Positions 9,877 to 21,627 of a stretch of 64,000 nucleotides of DNA are shown here, piece by piece. Location of the stretch: NCBI GenBank assembly GCA_023205875.1, contig CP060770.1, positions 1 to 64,000 on the forward strand, written 5' to 3'. The notes under the pieces were generated by a model. The model saw nothing but the letters and a program-made list of their open reading frames with translations. It made no database searches and was not told where the DNA came from. The DNA comes from Chloropicon primus (taxonomy: Eukaryota). Both the position numbers and the translations under genes were made by a program. The number at the start of each line of letters is the position of its first letter. The stretch's first letter is position 1.

Positions 9877-12306
9877 TTACAAAAGCTTGTTGGCGACCGA
9901 CGCGCTCGCCTTTCCCAGGCTGGTGAACAGGAGGGCGATCACATGGAAGCACGCGGAGGTCACCGCCCTCACGGAGGAGAACACGGCGATTTTGGTCACC
10001 AGGAAGAGGCCCTTGAGCAGCAGGAAGATCCCCTTGGGCCCCGCGGCCAGGAGGGAGCCCGCGTGCTTGCCCACGATGCTCCAGAGAGCCTTGGAGGAGA
10101 ACTGGGAGACGGGCTTCTTGGACAGCTTGATGGGCTTGCCCAGGGTGCCGCTGCTCACGATCCTCTCCTGCAAGCTCGACGCCAAGGTGGAGATCGCCTT
10201 GGACTGCACGTCCCTCGTCGTCTCGCTCAGCACCTTGTCCACAAAGGCCACGGTGTCGGCCTCCTGCATGATCTTGCGGATGGTGGACCCCTCGGGAGCG
10301 GTGACCAGGCTTCCCACGATCTCCGGAGCCCTTCCTGTGATGGCGTTCGTGATGTTGGTCGACTCGGGGTCCGCTTCGTCGTCGGGCGCTTGGCCCTCCG
10401 CGACCGCCTCGCCCTGCTCCAGCTGCTCCTCCATCCTCCTCATCAAGTCGAGGGACTCCTGAAAGTTCTCAAAGGCGAACTCCCCCTTGGCGTTGATCAA
10501 GGTGTCCCTGAGCTCCTTCTTGCCCTGCCTCGTGGTGGGCGCCAGGCCCCTGCGGATGGCGTAAGGCAAGCAAGCCTCGTACATGTTGAACTCGGCGTCG
10601 CACTTTGCTGCCAGACCCTCCAGGGTGGCAAAGGTCCTGACCAGGAGGATCGTGTAGGGCGGGCACAGGAACTTGTAGTTGTCCGCCATCTGCTGCACGC
10701 ACGCCACCAGGTCCCCGAAATCGTCCATCTTGGCCTTCTCGATGACCTCGCCGATCATCAGGGTGAAGTCCTGGATCTCGCAGGCCTCCCACGCGCCCTT
10801 CTGCTCGTTCAGCCTCATGAACTGCTCCGGAACCAGCTCCATGTCCTTGAAGTCCTGGGCGAAACCCGGCCAGTCCATCGTGATGAGGTTGATCACCCCG
10901 CTAGCGAACGCCTCCATCAGCCTGGGGTGGACACTGCTGACCAGCCCGAAGTCTATGAAGACCAAGTCGCCGTTCGGGGCGTACAGGATGTTCCCCTCGT
11001 GCGGGTCCGCGTGCACCAGCCCCGTCTGCAGCAGCATCGCCCCGCTGGCCTCGATGGCCTTGGCCATGAAGTCCAGCTGCTGGGGAAGCTCAAGCTGCCC
11101 GAGCTTCTTCCCCTCCACCCACTCCATCGTCAGCACCCTCTCCGTGGTGTACTCCATGAGGTACCTGGGGACCTTGATGTAGGGCAGGAATCTGTGCTCG
11201 AACTCAAACTGCTGGGCGTTCGCGGCCTCCTGCCTGTAGTCCAGCTCGTTCCACACGCCCGCCGCGACCTCGTCCGCGATCGGGGTCAGGTCGGTGTCGC
11301 TGCCCCACAGGGCCCTGAGGGCCACGAGGCCCAGCCTCAGGACGTACATGTCAAGAAGGAGGCTGTACAGGATCTCGGGCCTCTGCACCTTGACCGCCAC
11401 CCGCTCCCCCTCCCACGTCATCCCCTTGTAGACCTGCCCCAGGGACGCCGACGCGATGGGCTCCCTGGACAGCTCCTTGAACAGGTAGTCCTCTCTCTGG
11501 CACTTTGACTCGTCCCCGGCGAAGTAGGGCCCCCGAATCCCCGGGGCAATGGGACCGTCCCACTCGAAGCTGTCCACCAGGTTCCTCATGGCCTCCTCCG
11601 TGGAGAAGGGCTCCGTGTTGTTCTGGAGCTCCGCGAGCTCCCCGGCGGCCTCGTACCCGATCAGGTCCCCCCGCGCGCTCAGGGTCTGCCCGCACTTGAT
11701 GAACGCCGGCCCCAGCTCGTTGATGGCCCTCCTCAGGACCTTCCCCCTGGTCCTCTCGTCCTCCGGCAGGGTCTCCTGCCTCTTCCACTCGTACGCGACC
11801 TTGAGCCCCAGCTGCATCATCTTGGCGAACTTCACCAGCACCGCCACCGGCCTCTTCTCGAAGTAGAGCTTGGCCAGCTCCCTGTTGTAGTTCCCCCCCA
11901 TGAAGTCCACCAGCTCCTTCTCCTCCTCCGTGACGGCCCTCGGCGTCCCCACATGCCTCTCGTCCACGCCGCTGTACTTCCACTGCGTGGCCTTGTTCCC
12001 CTCGTCCTCGAAGAGCTCCCCGCTCCCCGCGTCGATCAGCAGCTCGATCCTGTCCTTGAGCTCCATCTGCGTCGCCCGAGGGACGACCAAGCCCAAACCC
12101 GACGACGACGACGACGACGACGACGAACCCCTTCCCCTTCCGAAGCTCCTGGTGGAGGGGGAAGGGGGAGAGGATGACGTGGAAGCCTGGCCTGCCTCCG
12201 CCCCCCTTCCGAAGCTCCCCGCCCTCGCCGTCCTCGCCCTCACGGCCCCCTGACCCAACCCACTCCCCCCCTTGGTCCTCATCCTCGTTCTCATCCTCGT
12301 TCCCAT
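9877..12306 (-). CDS. ABC1/UbiB atypical kinase, probably organelle-targeted
   Basis: LGPAFIKCGQTLSARGDL, PIASASLGQVYK, VAVKVQRP, ELDY, HADPHEGN and IDFGL motifs. The Ser/Arg-rich N-terminus looks like a transit peptide. Confidence 0.92.
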   Translation of the reverse strand: MGTRMRTRMRTKGGSGLGQGAVRARTARAGSFGRGAEAGQASTSSSPPSPSTRSFGRGRGSSSSSSSSSGLGLVVPRATQMELKDRIELLIDAGSGELFEDEGNKATQWKYSGVDERHVGTPRAVTEEEKELVDFMGGNYNRELAKLYFEKRPVAVLVKFAKMMQLGLKVAYEWKRQETLPEDERTRGKVLRRAINELGPAFIKCGQTLSARGDLIGYEAAGELAELQNNTEPFSTEEAMRNLVDSFEWDGPIAPGIRGPYFAGDESKCQREDYLFKELSREPIASASLGQVYKGMTWEGERVAVKVQRPEILYSLLLDMYVLRLGLVALRALWGSDTDLTPIADEVAAGVWNELDYRQEAANAQQFEFEHRFLPYIKVPRYLMEYTTERVLTMEWVEGKKLGQLELPQQLDFMAKAIEASGAMLLQTGLVHADPHEGNILYAPNGDLVFIDFGLVSSVHPRLMEAFASGVINLITMDWPGFAQDFKDMELVPEQFMRLNEQKGAWEACEIQDFTLMIGEVIEKAKMDDFGDLVACVQQMADNYKFLCPPYTILLVRTFATLEGLAAKCDAEFNMYEACLPYAIRRGLAPTTRQGKKELRDTLINAKGEFAFENFQESLDLMRRMEEQLEQGEAVAEGQAPDDEADPESTNITNAITGRAPEIVGSLVTAPEGSTIRKIMQEADTVAFVDKVLSETTRDVQSKAISTLASSLQERIVSSGTLGKPIKLSKKPVSQFSSKALWSIVGKHAGSLLAAGPKGIFLLLKGLFLVTKIAVFSSVRAVTSACFHVIALLFTSLGKASASVANKLL

Positions 12307-12907
12307 CCCGTTCGTGACCCAAAAACCTCGACCAAGGGCTCAATTGAAAGCCCTGGAGACGCGCCGCAACCTCGTGACCCCTCCTTGTCCTCGTTCCCCT
12401 CGCCCTCGCCCTCCCCTCGCCGTCTTTCCCCCTCGCACCTCCTGGTTGCCCTGCAGAGGCAGAGATCTCCCTCGATGAAAATCTTATCTTAACGATAGCC
12501 ACTAATTTTTTTAACCTTAACCTGGAGGAGGAGGACGGGGACCGGGGACGAGATCGCGGTTGGGGCGCGCAATTGGGGCCGAGGACCTCGACGGAGGGGC
12601 GCAACAAGGGGTCGAGCGCAAGGTACGTCTCGAGAGCTTTCCATCGGTACCGGCGTTGACGGGTTTCGTGCCGGGTTTGGTCGAGGAAGGGCTTGGGTTG
12701 GTCGAGGAAGGGGGGGTTCATGCGGGGAGGGAGGGGTGGGGGGGTCAATCGAGGACGAGGGGGGGAGGCGGAGGGCACCAGCGGGCACCACGTCTCCAGG
12801 TCATTCGACAGGAAACTCACTCGACCCGATTGAATTCATAAAAGTTGTTGAAAGAGTAACGCACGCACGCGAGCAAGGGACCGGCTCGTTCGGAGCGCCG
12901 CGCCATC

Positions 12908-14728
12908 ATGGTGTTCCTGGACGTTTTCACGAACATAGGAATCAAAAAATGGATGCACAAGGAGGACTACGACTTTAACGAGCAAGACGCGAGCGGGTGC
13001 CCCTCCGAGTACTTTGTCCTCGGATTCAAAGACAGAAACCTGGAGGAGGAGTTCCTCAACCACGTTGCGCTCGTGAACAAGACGAGGATCATTCTCGGGT
13101 TGTGCGTGTCGGCTGCAATCTACGCGAGCGGCCCGTTCCTCGTCGAGTTCGTTCAGGCCCCGGTAGTGACGGCCCTTTACGACAGCATCCCAGAGTATGA
13201 GTATGTCAACAAGGGCATCCTAAGGAGGAACATGGTCGAATCGTACGCCCTCGTGACCTTGGCCCTCGTCTTGTTGCTGTTGGGCTTGGTGGTGGTTTTC
13301 TTTCTTTACCAGACAAAAGCCGTGAGGGACAAGCGGAACGTCTTGTACGCCTTGGGATTTTTTTACGTCCCCTTCGTGTTCGTCACGGCTTACCAGTACG
13401 CTACGCAGGACATCAACGGGGGCGACGGATTCTCAATGGGGGCGGCCTTGAATGAGTGGGTTTTAGAAATCTACTATGGGGCGACGGCTTTAGTGTCGGT
13501 GTTGTTCATGGGCTTGCCGTTCCTCTTGACCGCTGAGATCATGCTCCTTGCAGGCCTCGCCTTCTTGATCATCATTCCGTTGGAGAACGACGTGGTTGGC
13601 AACGTCTGGATTGGCGAGACGGACGACTCCGTCCTCGAATCGTTTTACGAGGATATTGGTCCTTTGTTCAATACTAGTGTCGGGGTAGACTTGCGTTTGG
13701 TCTGCAGCGCTTCCGAGACCGTGAGGCGACAGTGCATTAACGCCTGGAGGTACAACATCCTGAGCCCGTACGTTATTTTGTGCCTCATTGTTCTCAGCAC
13801 TATGGTCGTGGCCTACTTCGTGGAGCACGCGAACCGTACCGCTTTCATAAACAAAAAGTTCCTCACGGCGCTGACGAGGCAAAAGGAGCAAGCGCTCGTG
13901 AAGCAGAAGCAGGACCAGGAAAAGCTGATTCACAGCATCTTCCCTCCTGTGATTGCGATGGATCTCATTGTCGCCAACGACGAGCAGCACCTCTCGGGCG
14001 AGACGGATGTTCTGAAGCGCATACAGAGTCTGAAGCAGAACACCAACAAGCTTGGCCGAACCGTGGCCCGGATGCATCAGGATGTCACCGTTCTCTTCAC
14101 CGACATCGTCGGCTTCACTGCAATGAGTGGGACTTGCCCTCCCCACGAGGTGATGAGTTTCCTCCACACTCTGTTCAGCGCGTTTGACGACTTGATTGAC
14201 GATGATCCCTCCGATCAGCTGTGGAAGGTCGAGACGATCGGCGATGCTTTCATGCTCGCCTCGGGCCTGAACGTCGGGGGCGGGGAGGACGGCTCCCTAA
14301 ACGACCTCTCTTTGAAATCTTTTGCATCCAGGAAGACACCGCCGACCAGTGAGCTCGTGTCGTGGGAGGCCACGGACCCGGGCCTGGCCGCCACCGCGGC
14401 TGTGGAATTTGGTCGGAGCGCGATCGAGGAAGCCCAGCTGCTAACGATGCCGAACGGGGAGACTTGCGCGATCCGTGCGGGGGTTCACACGGGGAATGTC
14501 TGTTCCGGCGTCGTCGGCAGCAGGATGCCGAGGTACTGCTTGTTCGGCGACACGGTGAACACGGCTTCCAGGATGGAGTCGACCTCGGTGGCCATGCGGG
14601 TGCAGGTCTCCGAAGCCACCCATCGCTTGGTTGCTGGCGACGCGCGCTTCGCGTGGGAAGAGCGGGGCCTCGTGGAAGTGAAGGGCAAGGGCAAATTGAA
14701 GACGTTTCTGCTCCGTTCCAGCAGTTAG
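12908..14728 (+). CDS. Multi-pass membrane class III nucleotide cyclase with guanylyl cyclase specificity residues
   Basis: About six hydrophobic segments and a helical linker (EKLIHSIFPPVIA), then catalytic motifs VTVLFTDIVGFT, KVETIGDAFM and MPRYCLFGDTVNTASRMES. Confidence 0.9.
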   Translation: MVFLDVFTNIGIKKWMHKEDYDFNEQDASGCPSEYFVLGFKDRNLEEEFLNHVALVNKTRIILGLCVSAAIYASGPFLVEFVQAPVVTALYDSIPEYEYVNKGILRRNMVESYALVTLALVLLLLGLVVVFFLYQTKAVRDKRNVLYALGFFYVPFVFVTAYQYATQDINGGDGFSMGAALNEWVLEIYYGATALVSVLFMGLPFLLTAEIMLLAGLAFLIIIPLENDVVGNVWIGETDDSVLESFYEDIGPLFNTSVGVDLRLVCSASETVRRQCINAWRYNILSPYVILCLIVLSTMVVAYFVEHANRTAFINKKFLTALTRQKEQALVKQKQDQEKLIHSIFPPVIAMDLIVANDEQHLSGETDVLKRIQSLKQNTNKLGRTVARMHQDVTVLFTDIVGFTAMSGTCPPHEVMSFLHTLFSAFDDLIDDDPSDQLWKVETIGDAFMLASGLNVGGGEDGSLNDLSLKSFASRKTPPTSELVSWEATDPGLAATAAVEFGRSAIEEAQLLTMPNGETCAIRAGVHTGNVCSGVVGSRMPRYCLFGDTVNTASRMESTSVAMRVQVSEATHRLVAGDARFAWEERGLVEVKGKGKLKTFLLRSSS

Positions 14729-14845
14729 TCCCGACAACGAGAAATATATTTCTGGACGACGACCCGCGATAAGCGTCCTGTCCATCCTAATCATACACCA
14801 CACACACACACAGAAGAGTCTTTCTATTCTTTCGTTGCCTTGTCA

Positions 14846-15837
14846 TCACGTGGGCAGGAAGTCGCCGAAGAGCTTGTCCAGCTCCTTCCTGGCCCTCTTC
14901 ACTCCCTCCTTTTTGATCCACATGACCATCCGGTGCTGCACGAGGCCTGGCGTGTTCTCTGCCCTGTTGGCAGGAAAAGTGAAGGACCAATCTGACGAAG
15001 GGAAACAATGGGAACAAGTCAGTCCACTGGAAAGGCAAAGCCGTCGTCTTCGAGGCACGTACCGCACTCCTTGTGAAAATATTCGTCCTCCGGCCTGACG
15101 TAGACGATGTCGCCGGCGGCGGCCTCCGTCTTCTGCCTCTTCCCCTTCTTCTTCCCCTTCCCCTTGGCCACCTTGTCCTCCTCGCTAAAGTAGACCCTCG
15201 ACAGCAGCAAGAAGTTGTCCATCTTGAACTCGTCTCTCCTCTCCTGCGTGGGCTCGTCCTCGGTGGCCCACTCGATCTCGTCGAATATGGCCTGGTTCAA
15301 GGGGGAGGACAACTCCATGGGGCAGTTCACCACGCGCTCGCTCACCACCAGACCAATCTTCTCCTTCCCCTTCCTCTCGAACACGTCCTTGGCCAGCATC
15401 TCCTTCTCCTTGTCCGTCGGGGCCTTCTTCCTGAGGAACGTCACGATGTCTCCCAGGAACTGTGTGTCCTGGTGCTTTTGGAGATTGATCACCGACACCA
15501 CGGCTATGGGGTCCAGCTGCTCCTCGAGCCTCACCACCGAGCCCACCGTCTTCTGCTTGATCACGTGGTCCACCAACCCGCTGCAGTCGTACACCTCGCC
15601 ATCCAGGTACCCATTCAGCAAACCCTTCATGCCCAGGAAGTCCCCTTCCGTGGGGTCGAAGAACTCGAAACTCGTCTGCACATCGCCCTCCTCCTCATCC
15701 TCCTCCCCCTTCTCCTCCTCCTCCTCGTCGTCGTCGTCGGAGTCGGAGTCGAAGTCGTCGGAGTCGAACACCTCCGAGGCGCTCTCTTCCTCCTCGTTCT
15801 CCTCGTTCTCGTTCTCGTCCCGCTCACGCTCCTTCAT
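14846..15837 (-). CDS. BCCIP: BCCIP/Bcp1 (60S biogenesis, p21-binding), intron 15062-14992
   Basis: Acidic N-terminus, then FEFFDP...DFLGMKGLL, GLVVSERVVNCP and YVRPEDEYF. A GT-AG intron joins HKEC|DWSFTF. The 5' end is uncertain because a splice acceptor lies just upstream of the ATG. Confidence 0.85.
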
Positions 15838-16152
15838 CCCGTACTCTGCAACTGAAACACAAAACCAAGCATTAGCAGCATTAGCATTCAGAACAAAAAA
15901 CAAAAAACAAAAAACGAAAACGAAAACGAGCTGGAGGAACAGAACAAAAGAAAGACGAGACGCATCCAATGGATGCCACACCCCTCCTCCTCCTCCTCCT
16001 CCTCCTCGACGGACCTCCTGGTTCTCCTGCGGCGGATCTCTCCGTCCAGCCTCCGCTTTTCCCGGGAAAAAAATGACATTTTTCTCCCCCCCCAAAATCG
16101 CAAGTTTTTTGGCGGGAGCCGAGTCCATCCAACGAGGGCAGGGCAGGGAAGG

Positions 16153-16698
16153 ATGCCTCACCCGATGACGACGGTGTTGAGGGGGAGGCCGGGGATCGTG
16201 GGAAGCAGGACGACTTCATCCCATGCTCCTCCTCCTCCTCCTCTTTCCTCACCAAAAAGAAGAGGAAGTAGATGTAGATCTCCTCCGCCTCGATCCTTCT
16301 CATCAGCTTGTTCGTCCCTCTCGCGCTTTGGGGGTACGAAGGAGGAGAGGGGAAGGGGATGGCCTCGCCCTCCTGCTTCATCGTCATCTTCATCGTCGTC
16401 GTCGTCGGCGTCGAACAAGGGTTTCGGTTTGCTGGAATGGGCCGGAGGCATCTTTCCACAAGGAGCTGTGGTGAAGACGAGCAAGTTCGCGTGGAAGGAG
16501 ATGTGGAAGACGATGACGAGGGAGTTGGCGCCTCAGGATGAGGAAGGAGCGTACGCCAGGCCCAAGGACGCGTTCCTGACCGAGGAGCAGGACGTGCCGG
16601 AGGGGAACTTGGTGCTCTATACCGGTAACGCTTGTCCCTGGTGTCACCGGGTGAGTCTTCACGACAACGACGCGGGCTTGCACCCCCTAAACCGCGTC

Positions 16699-16735
<37 letters not shown>

Positions 16736-17590
16736 TGATTGATCTGTTAGGTCCACCTGGCTGTCAAAGTCCTTGGTTTGGACCAGGTGGTAAGGACGGT
16801 GCTGCTGGAGGATGACGCGGAGAAGGCATCGAGAGGCGGGTGGATCATCGCGAGGAGGGACGTCAAGAGGGATCCCGTGTTCATGGCCAAGGACCTCAGG
16901 GAGGTTTACGAGGGGGCGAGCCCGAGCTACGTCGGGAGGTGCACGGCCCCGCTGCTCTTGGACGGGACGCAGAAGAGAATCGTGTCCAACAACAGCACGA
17001 ACATCCTTCGCTTGCTCAATCGCTTGGCCAAGGTCCACAGGAAGGAGTGGGGCGCGGTGGACTTGTTTCCGACAGAGATCAAGGCAGAGATCGAGGAGAT
17101 GAACGAGTACCTGTACTCAAACCTTTGCAACTCGGTCTATCAGGCCGGTTTCAGCACCACGCAGGAGGCGCACGACAGGGCCGCCTCGAAGGTCTTCCTC
17201 TGCCTGGACGACTTGGAGGGGAAGCTGGCCAAGCAGGAGTACTTGATGGGAAGCCAAATCACCGCGGCGGACTTGATGGCCATACCGACGCTGGCCAGGT
17301 TCGACGCGGCGTACGCCGTTCTCTTCAAGTGCTCCAAGAAGAGGCTGAGGGATTACCCCAACCTGACGCGGTACATGCGTTCCATGTTCGAGTTGGAGGG
17401 GTCCTTCGAAGTGTTTGACCTCCAGGCGGCGACGAACAGCTATTACCAGCAGCTGTTTCCGCTGAATCCGAGCGGAATCGTGCCGTTCGGCCCTGGGTGG
17501 GAAGAGTTGGGAATAGACGCCTCCAGCGGCCGTACAAGGGTTGCTCCGGGGAGCGACGAGTTCAAGAAACGTTTCTACATCATCAAGTGA
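16153..17590 (+). CDS. Glutathionyl-hydroquinone reductase (Xi-class GST, ECM4/YqjG-like), intron 16651-16750
   Basis: Active-site ACPWCHR|VHL is joined across a GT-AG intron; also YVGRCTAPLL, IVSNNS, VYQAGF, RFDAAY..LFKC and LNPSGIVP. The N-terminus is transit-peptide-like. Confidence 0.9.
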
Positions 17591-17687
17591 CCCAAGTGCG
17601 TGAGTTTTGTATCATCAAGTAGTATCATAATTGTGTTTTATATCATAACCAACAAAGTCTTCCAGTAGCACACACACATACACATGC

Positions 17688-17742
<55 letters not shown>

Positions 17743-17745
17743 CTC

Positions 17746-20700
17746 TTAGTGGTCCATCGATATCAATGCTTGGTGAGCCGACTCTCCCGAGTCGTCCGAA
17801 TCGTTCTCCTCGGAGGACGGGCAGCGGTCCTGGCAGAACTTTTTCCACCACTTTCTGTAGACTTGCTCCAGGTTTTCCACAAACGGCTTCGCCTGGCAAA
17901 GCCTCGACGACAGCATCCGTTCACGGAGATTCTGCCTGATTCCCGACAAGGCTCGCAGGTTTTCGGGACTCGCCCACTTCACCGCCAGGTCAACGTAGCC
18001 CTCCACGGATTCCGCGCAAAAGTCTGCGTCCAAGCCCACGGCCTGAAGGAGCGTCCACCCCACATTCTGGGCGTGGCACCTTCCCTTGAGGGTGATCGTG
18101 GCGACGCCCATATAGAGGGCTTCCGTTGTGGTCGTCGTCCCTGCATATGGCCAGGGATCGAGGGCGATGTCCACGTGGCCGTAAACCGCCAAGTGGCCTT
18201 GGTTGGACGCCACAAGGGGGATGAGGTCGACCCTCTCCCTGGGGTCGATCCCAAACTTTGAGAAGGCTTGCTCCATGCGCTGCCTTCCCTGCTCGCACAA
18301 GAAAGGCTTGGCCTTGATGACCAGCCTGCTGCTGGGGACTCTCCTGAGAATGGCGCACCAGGCCTCCACGACCTCATCCGTCACCTTGGCCAAGGCGTTG
18401 AATGTGCCAAAGGTCACAGCTCCGGTCTGCAGGGCTGGCAGGGGGGCCACCTCGGGGGAGTTGTGGGTGGGGGTGTAGCACAGGAAGCACCCGGGAAGCC
18501 GCTCCAGAGCCTCCACGTAAGTCTGGTTGGTGAGGGGCCCCTCCGGGCTCGGGTCCGTGGTCCAGTCAGTGATCCTGTAGTCCACCTCCCTCAAGCCAGT
18601 GGAATTTGGGTAGCCAATCCACGTGGCTTGCACCGGGGCTGCCTTCATGGCCATCACCCCCAAGCGGTTGTTGGCCGTATGCCCCGTGAGCTCCACCAAA
18701 ATGTCGACCTTGTCCTCCCTCACAAGTTTCGCGATCGCCAGCTCGGGCAGGTGCGCCACGTCCCTCCAGGTGACGTTGCCGGGAGACAGCCTCTTGAGCC
18801 TGTCCGTCTTCGCATCGGGCGTCGGGGTGACGTTGTAGACAACCACCTTGACGCCCCTGTGGTTGGTGATGGGCGCCTCAGCAAAGTAAGACACGGAGTG
18901 GGTGAACAAGTCGGGAGAGATGTAACCCACCACCAAATCCTTGTCCGGATCCGCCACGACAACTGCAGGATTGGTGGTCTTGCTGCCCCAGCTCGTCACC
19001 ACGCCATCACCGCCGCTGGCCTTGCCGTTGCTGATCTCGTAACACTCGGAGGAGGAGGACCCCTCCATCGCGCCCGTGCTTCCATGTTTCCCGACGCCTA
19101 CGACCTTGAAGCCGGGCAGGAGGTTCTCAAAGTCCTTTGCGAAATTCAGACCCCACTCCGCGTGGGCTTTGCGCACGACTTCCTCCTCCCCGCAGTGCAC
19201 GTAGTTCAGTCCCATGAGCAAGTTGTGGCCCGCACTCCTGTTCTTGGGATCGAGCTCCAAGCACTTTCTGTAGCACGTCAAACACTCCTCCATGCACCCC
19301 ATGTCCCTGTACAGGACCCCAAGGTTGTTGTAAACCTCTGCATACAACGGTGACGCCGCAATGGCTTGCTGAAAGCATCTCAGGCTCTCCTTCACCTCCC
19401 CTTTGCTGGCAAACACGATCCCGAGGTTGTTCAGAGGCTGACCGAACCGAGGATTCGCTTCCACAGCTTCCTTGTAGCAGGTCACAGCCCTGTCCACGTT
19501 CCCCATATCCCTGAGAACAACCCCCAGGTTGTTCCACGCCTCGGCGTGCTTTGGGCTGAAGCAAAGGCAGAGCTCGTACATGGCGACCGCCTTGTGCTTC
19601 TCGCCCGCCTCGCTGTACGCCACCCCCAAGTTGTAAAGCACCAGTGGGTGCTTTGGCTCCAACGACAAGGCTTTCTCGTAAATCGCGATGGCCTTTCTGA
19701 TGTTCTCCAGGTTTGGCTTCGAAACGCCAGGGGGGCTCACCTTGGTCTGTGCTCCCAGCTCGCACAGCGTGGCCGCGAGATTCGCCCTGATCATAGCGTG
19801 GTTTGGGTTCGTCCTCAGCGACCTCTCGAACGCCTTGACGGCCCCACCCAGGTCGCCCCTGCTCCTCAGGAGGGACCCGTAGTTGCAAAGCGCCTCGGTG
19901 TAATCCGGGCAGTACTCAATAGCCTTGAGGTAAGCCTCCGCCGCCTTGTCCAATTCATTCTTCTCGCCATGAAGGACGCCCATGTTGTACCAGGAAGCGG
20001 CGTACTCCCCATCGACAACGAGGGCGGCCCTGTAGATCCTTTCGTACAGCGGGCTCCCGTTGCCCTGGAAGGAAGACTTGTGGTACTTGTGGTCCACCTC
20101 CTTGCCCTGGCTCCTCCTCTTCCGTTGCTTCTGAACCCCCTTGTCCGAATTTTCGTCCTCCTGCAGTACGCCATCGTCCTCCTTCCTCGAGTAAAGGTAC
20201 TCGTCCAAAACATCCAGGCAAACACGGGCGACGTCCTCGGTGATCGTCCCCGAGTTCTTCAAGTACGTCCCGAGATCGTTCAAGCTGCACGCGAGCTCTC
20301 GCTGACGCGGACGAAGAGCAAGAAACATTGGGGTTGCGTCAGAAAACAAAAGTCGTGCCAGGGGAATCTCCACCTTCGCGCGAGGCTCACCTTGTGCTCC
20401 CTCTCCTGAGGCTGTATCCTCAGTGCAGCCCTGTGCATCTCCACCGCCACGTGGATTTTGCTCTGCACCGACCTCAGAGCAACGCCGCAAGCCACGAGAA
20501 CCCTCGTGTTCTTGCCGCACGTCGCCTCCACAGCCTCCTGGAACGCCTCGAGCGCCCTCTCGTCGCTATCGACCTGGTTCTGCCCGCTCATCGACCGGTC
20601 CTCCGCCCCCTCTCGTCGCCGCAGCAGGTTTCCATACACACAAAGGCCCTCCCCCTTGAGCTCCCTCACCTGCCGACTCAAGTCCTCGACGGAGGCCCTT

Positions 20701-21116
20701 TGCGGCTGGCAAGGCCCTTCCCCCTCCCCTTCCCTCACCTCCGCGTCCTCCTCCTCACTCGACCCCTGCCTGCTCGTCCTCAGCAGCAAGTTCTCTATCC
20801 TGCACAACACGTTGGCCTCCCTTGGACACGAGTCTGGACCCTCTCCTCCCTCCTCCGCCTCCGCCTCCGCCTCCGCCTCACCCAATGTAAGATCCTCCTC
20901 CCCGCCCACCTCCATGTCCACCAAAGCCTTCTCCTTCTCCACTCGTGATGCCAAATGGGATGCTGGTGATCCCTGCAAGACTCTCATGGCTTGCTTGGTC
21001 TTCCCTCTCTCGGAAAGGAAGCGGGACTTGGCGACCTCCTTCTGCAAGAAAGCGAGCTCCTCGGAAACATCCTCGAACGAGAAGCTCTCGCCCGCCATGG
21101 ACTCCACGCCCGTCAT
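17746..21116 (-). CDS. SPY: SPINDLY-type protein O-fucosyltransferase (GT41, TPR repeats), intron 20390-20302
   Basis: Multiple TPRs, then VGYISPDLFTHSVSYF, DKVDILVELTGHTANNRLG, APVQATWIGYPNSTGL, TFGTFNALAK and PYAGTTTTTEALYMG. The intron joins EHK|RELAC. Confidence 0.92.
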
Positions 21117-21627
21117 GTCATGCAAACCCAATGGAGGTTGAGGCTCTAGCTCCAGCCACCAAGTCAGTCAGTGATGCATTCCTTCCTCAACACGACGCAC
21201 GGACGCCATTCCTTTCAAGTGAGTGCTCATTCGAAAGCTCGCGACATGACGGATCTTCCTGCGACGACCTCTCGCACTCGGCGCCGCTCGTGCGGGCGTC
21301 AGACTCACCTCGTTCCCTCCAGCCACCGCCACCTCACCGAAGAGAGAGAGAGAGATCCTCCTGGCGATTCTGGAGAGCAAAGCGCGCGAGATCATCATCA
21401 GCCATCACTGGAAGGAGGAAGGAGGAAGTCATACATTGTTACATCGGAGGGGAGGGGAGCAGAGCAGAGCCTGAGTCCGTACTGGGGTCTCGACCCTCGC
21501 TCTCTCTGCCTCGGCTCTCTCTCTGATGGTGCCAAGGTTTAGTTTGATTGGGGGGGGGGACACCTCCTCGGTATCTTTGTGCCAGCATCGTTTGGTATCG
21601 TCGTCGTTGTTGCCGCGGTTGGTGGTG

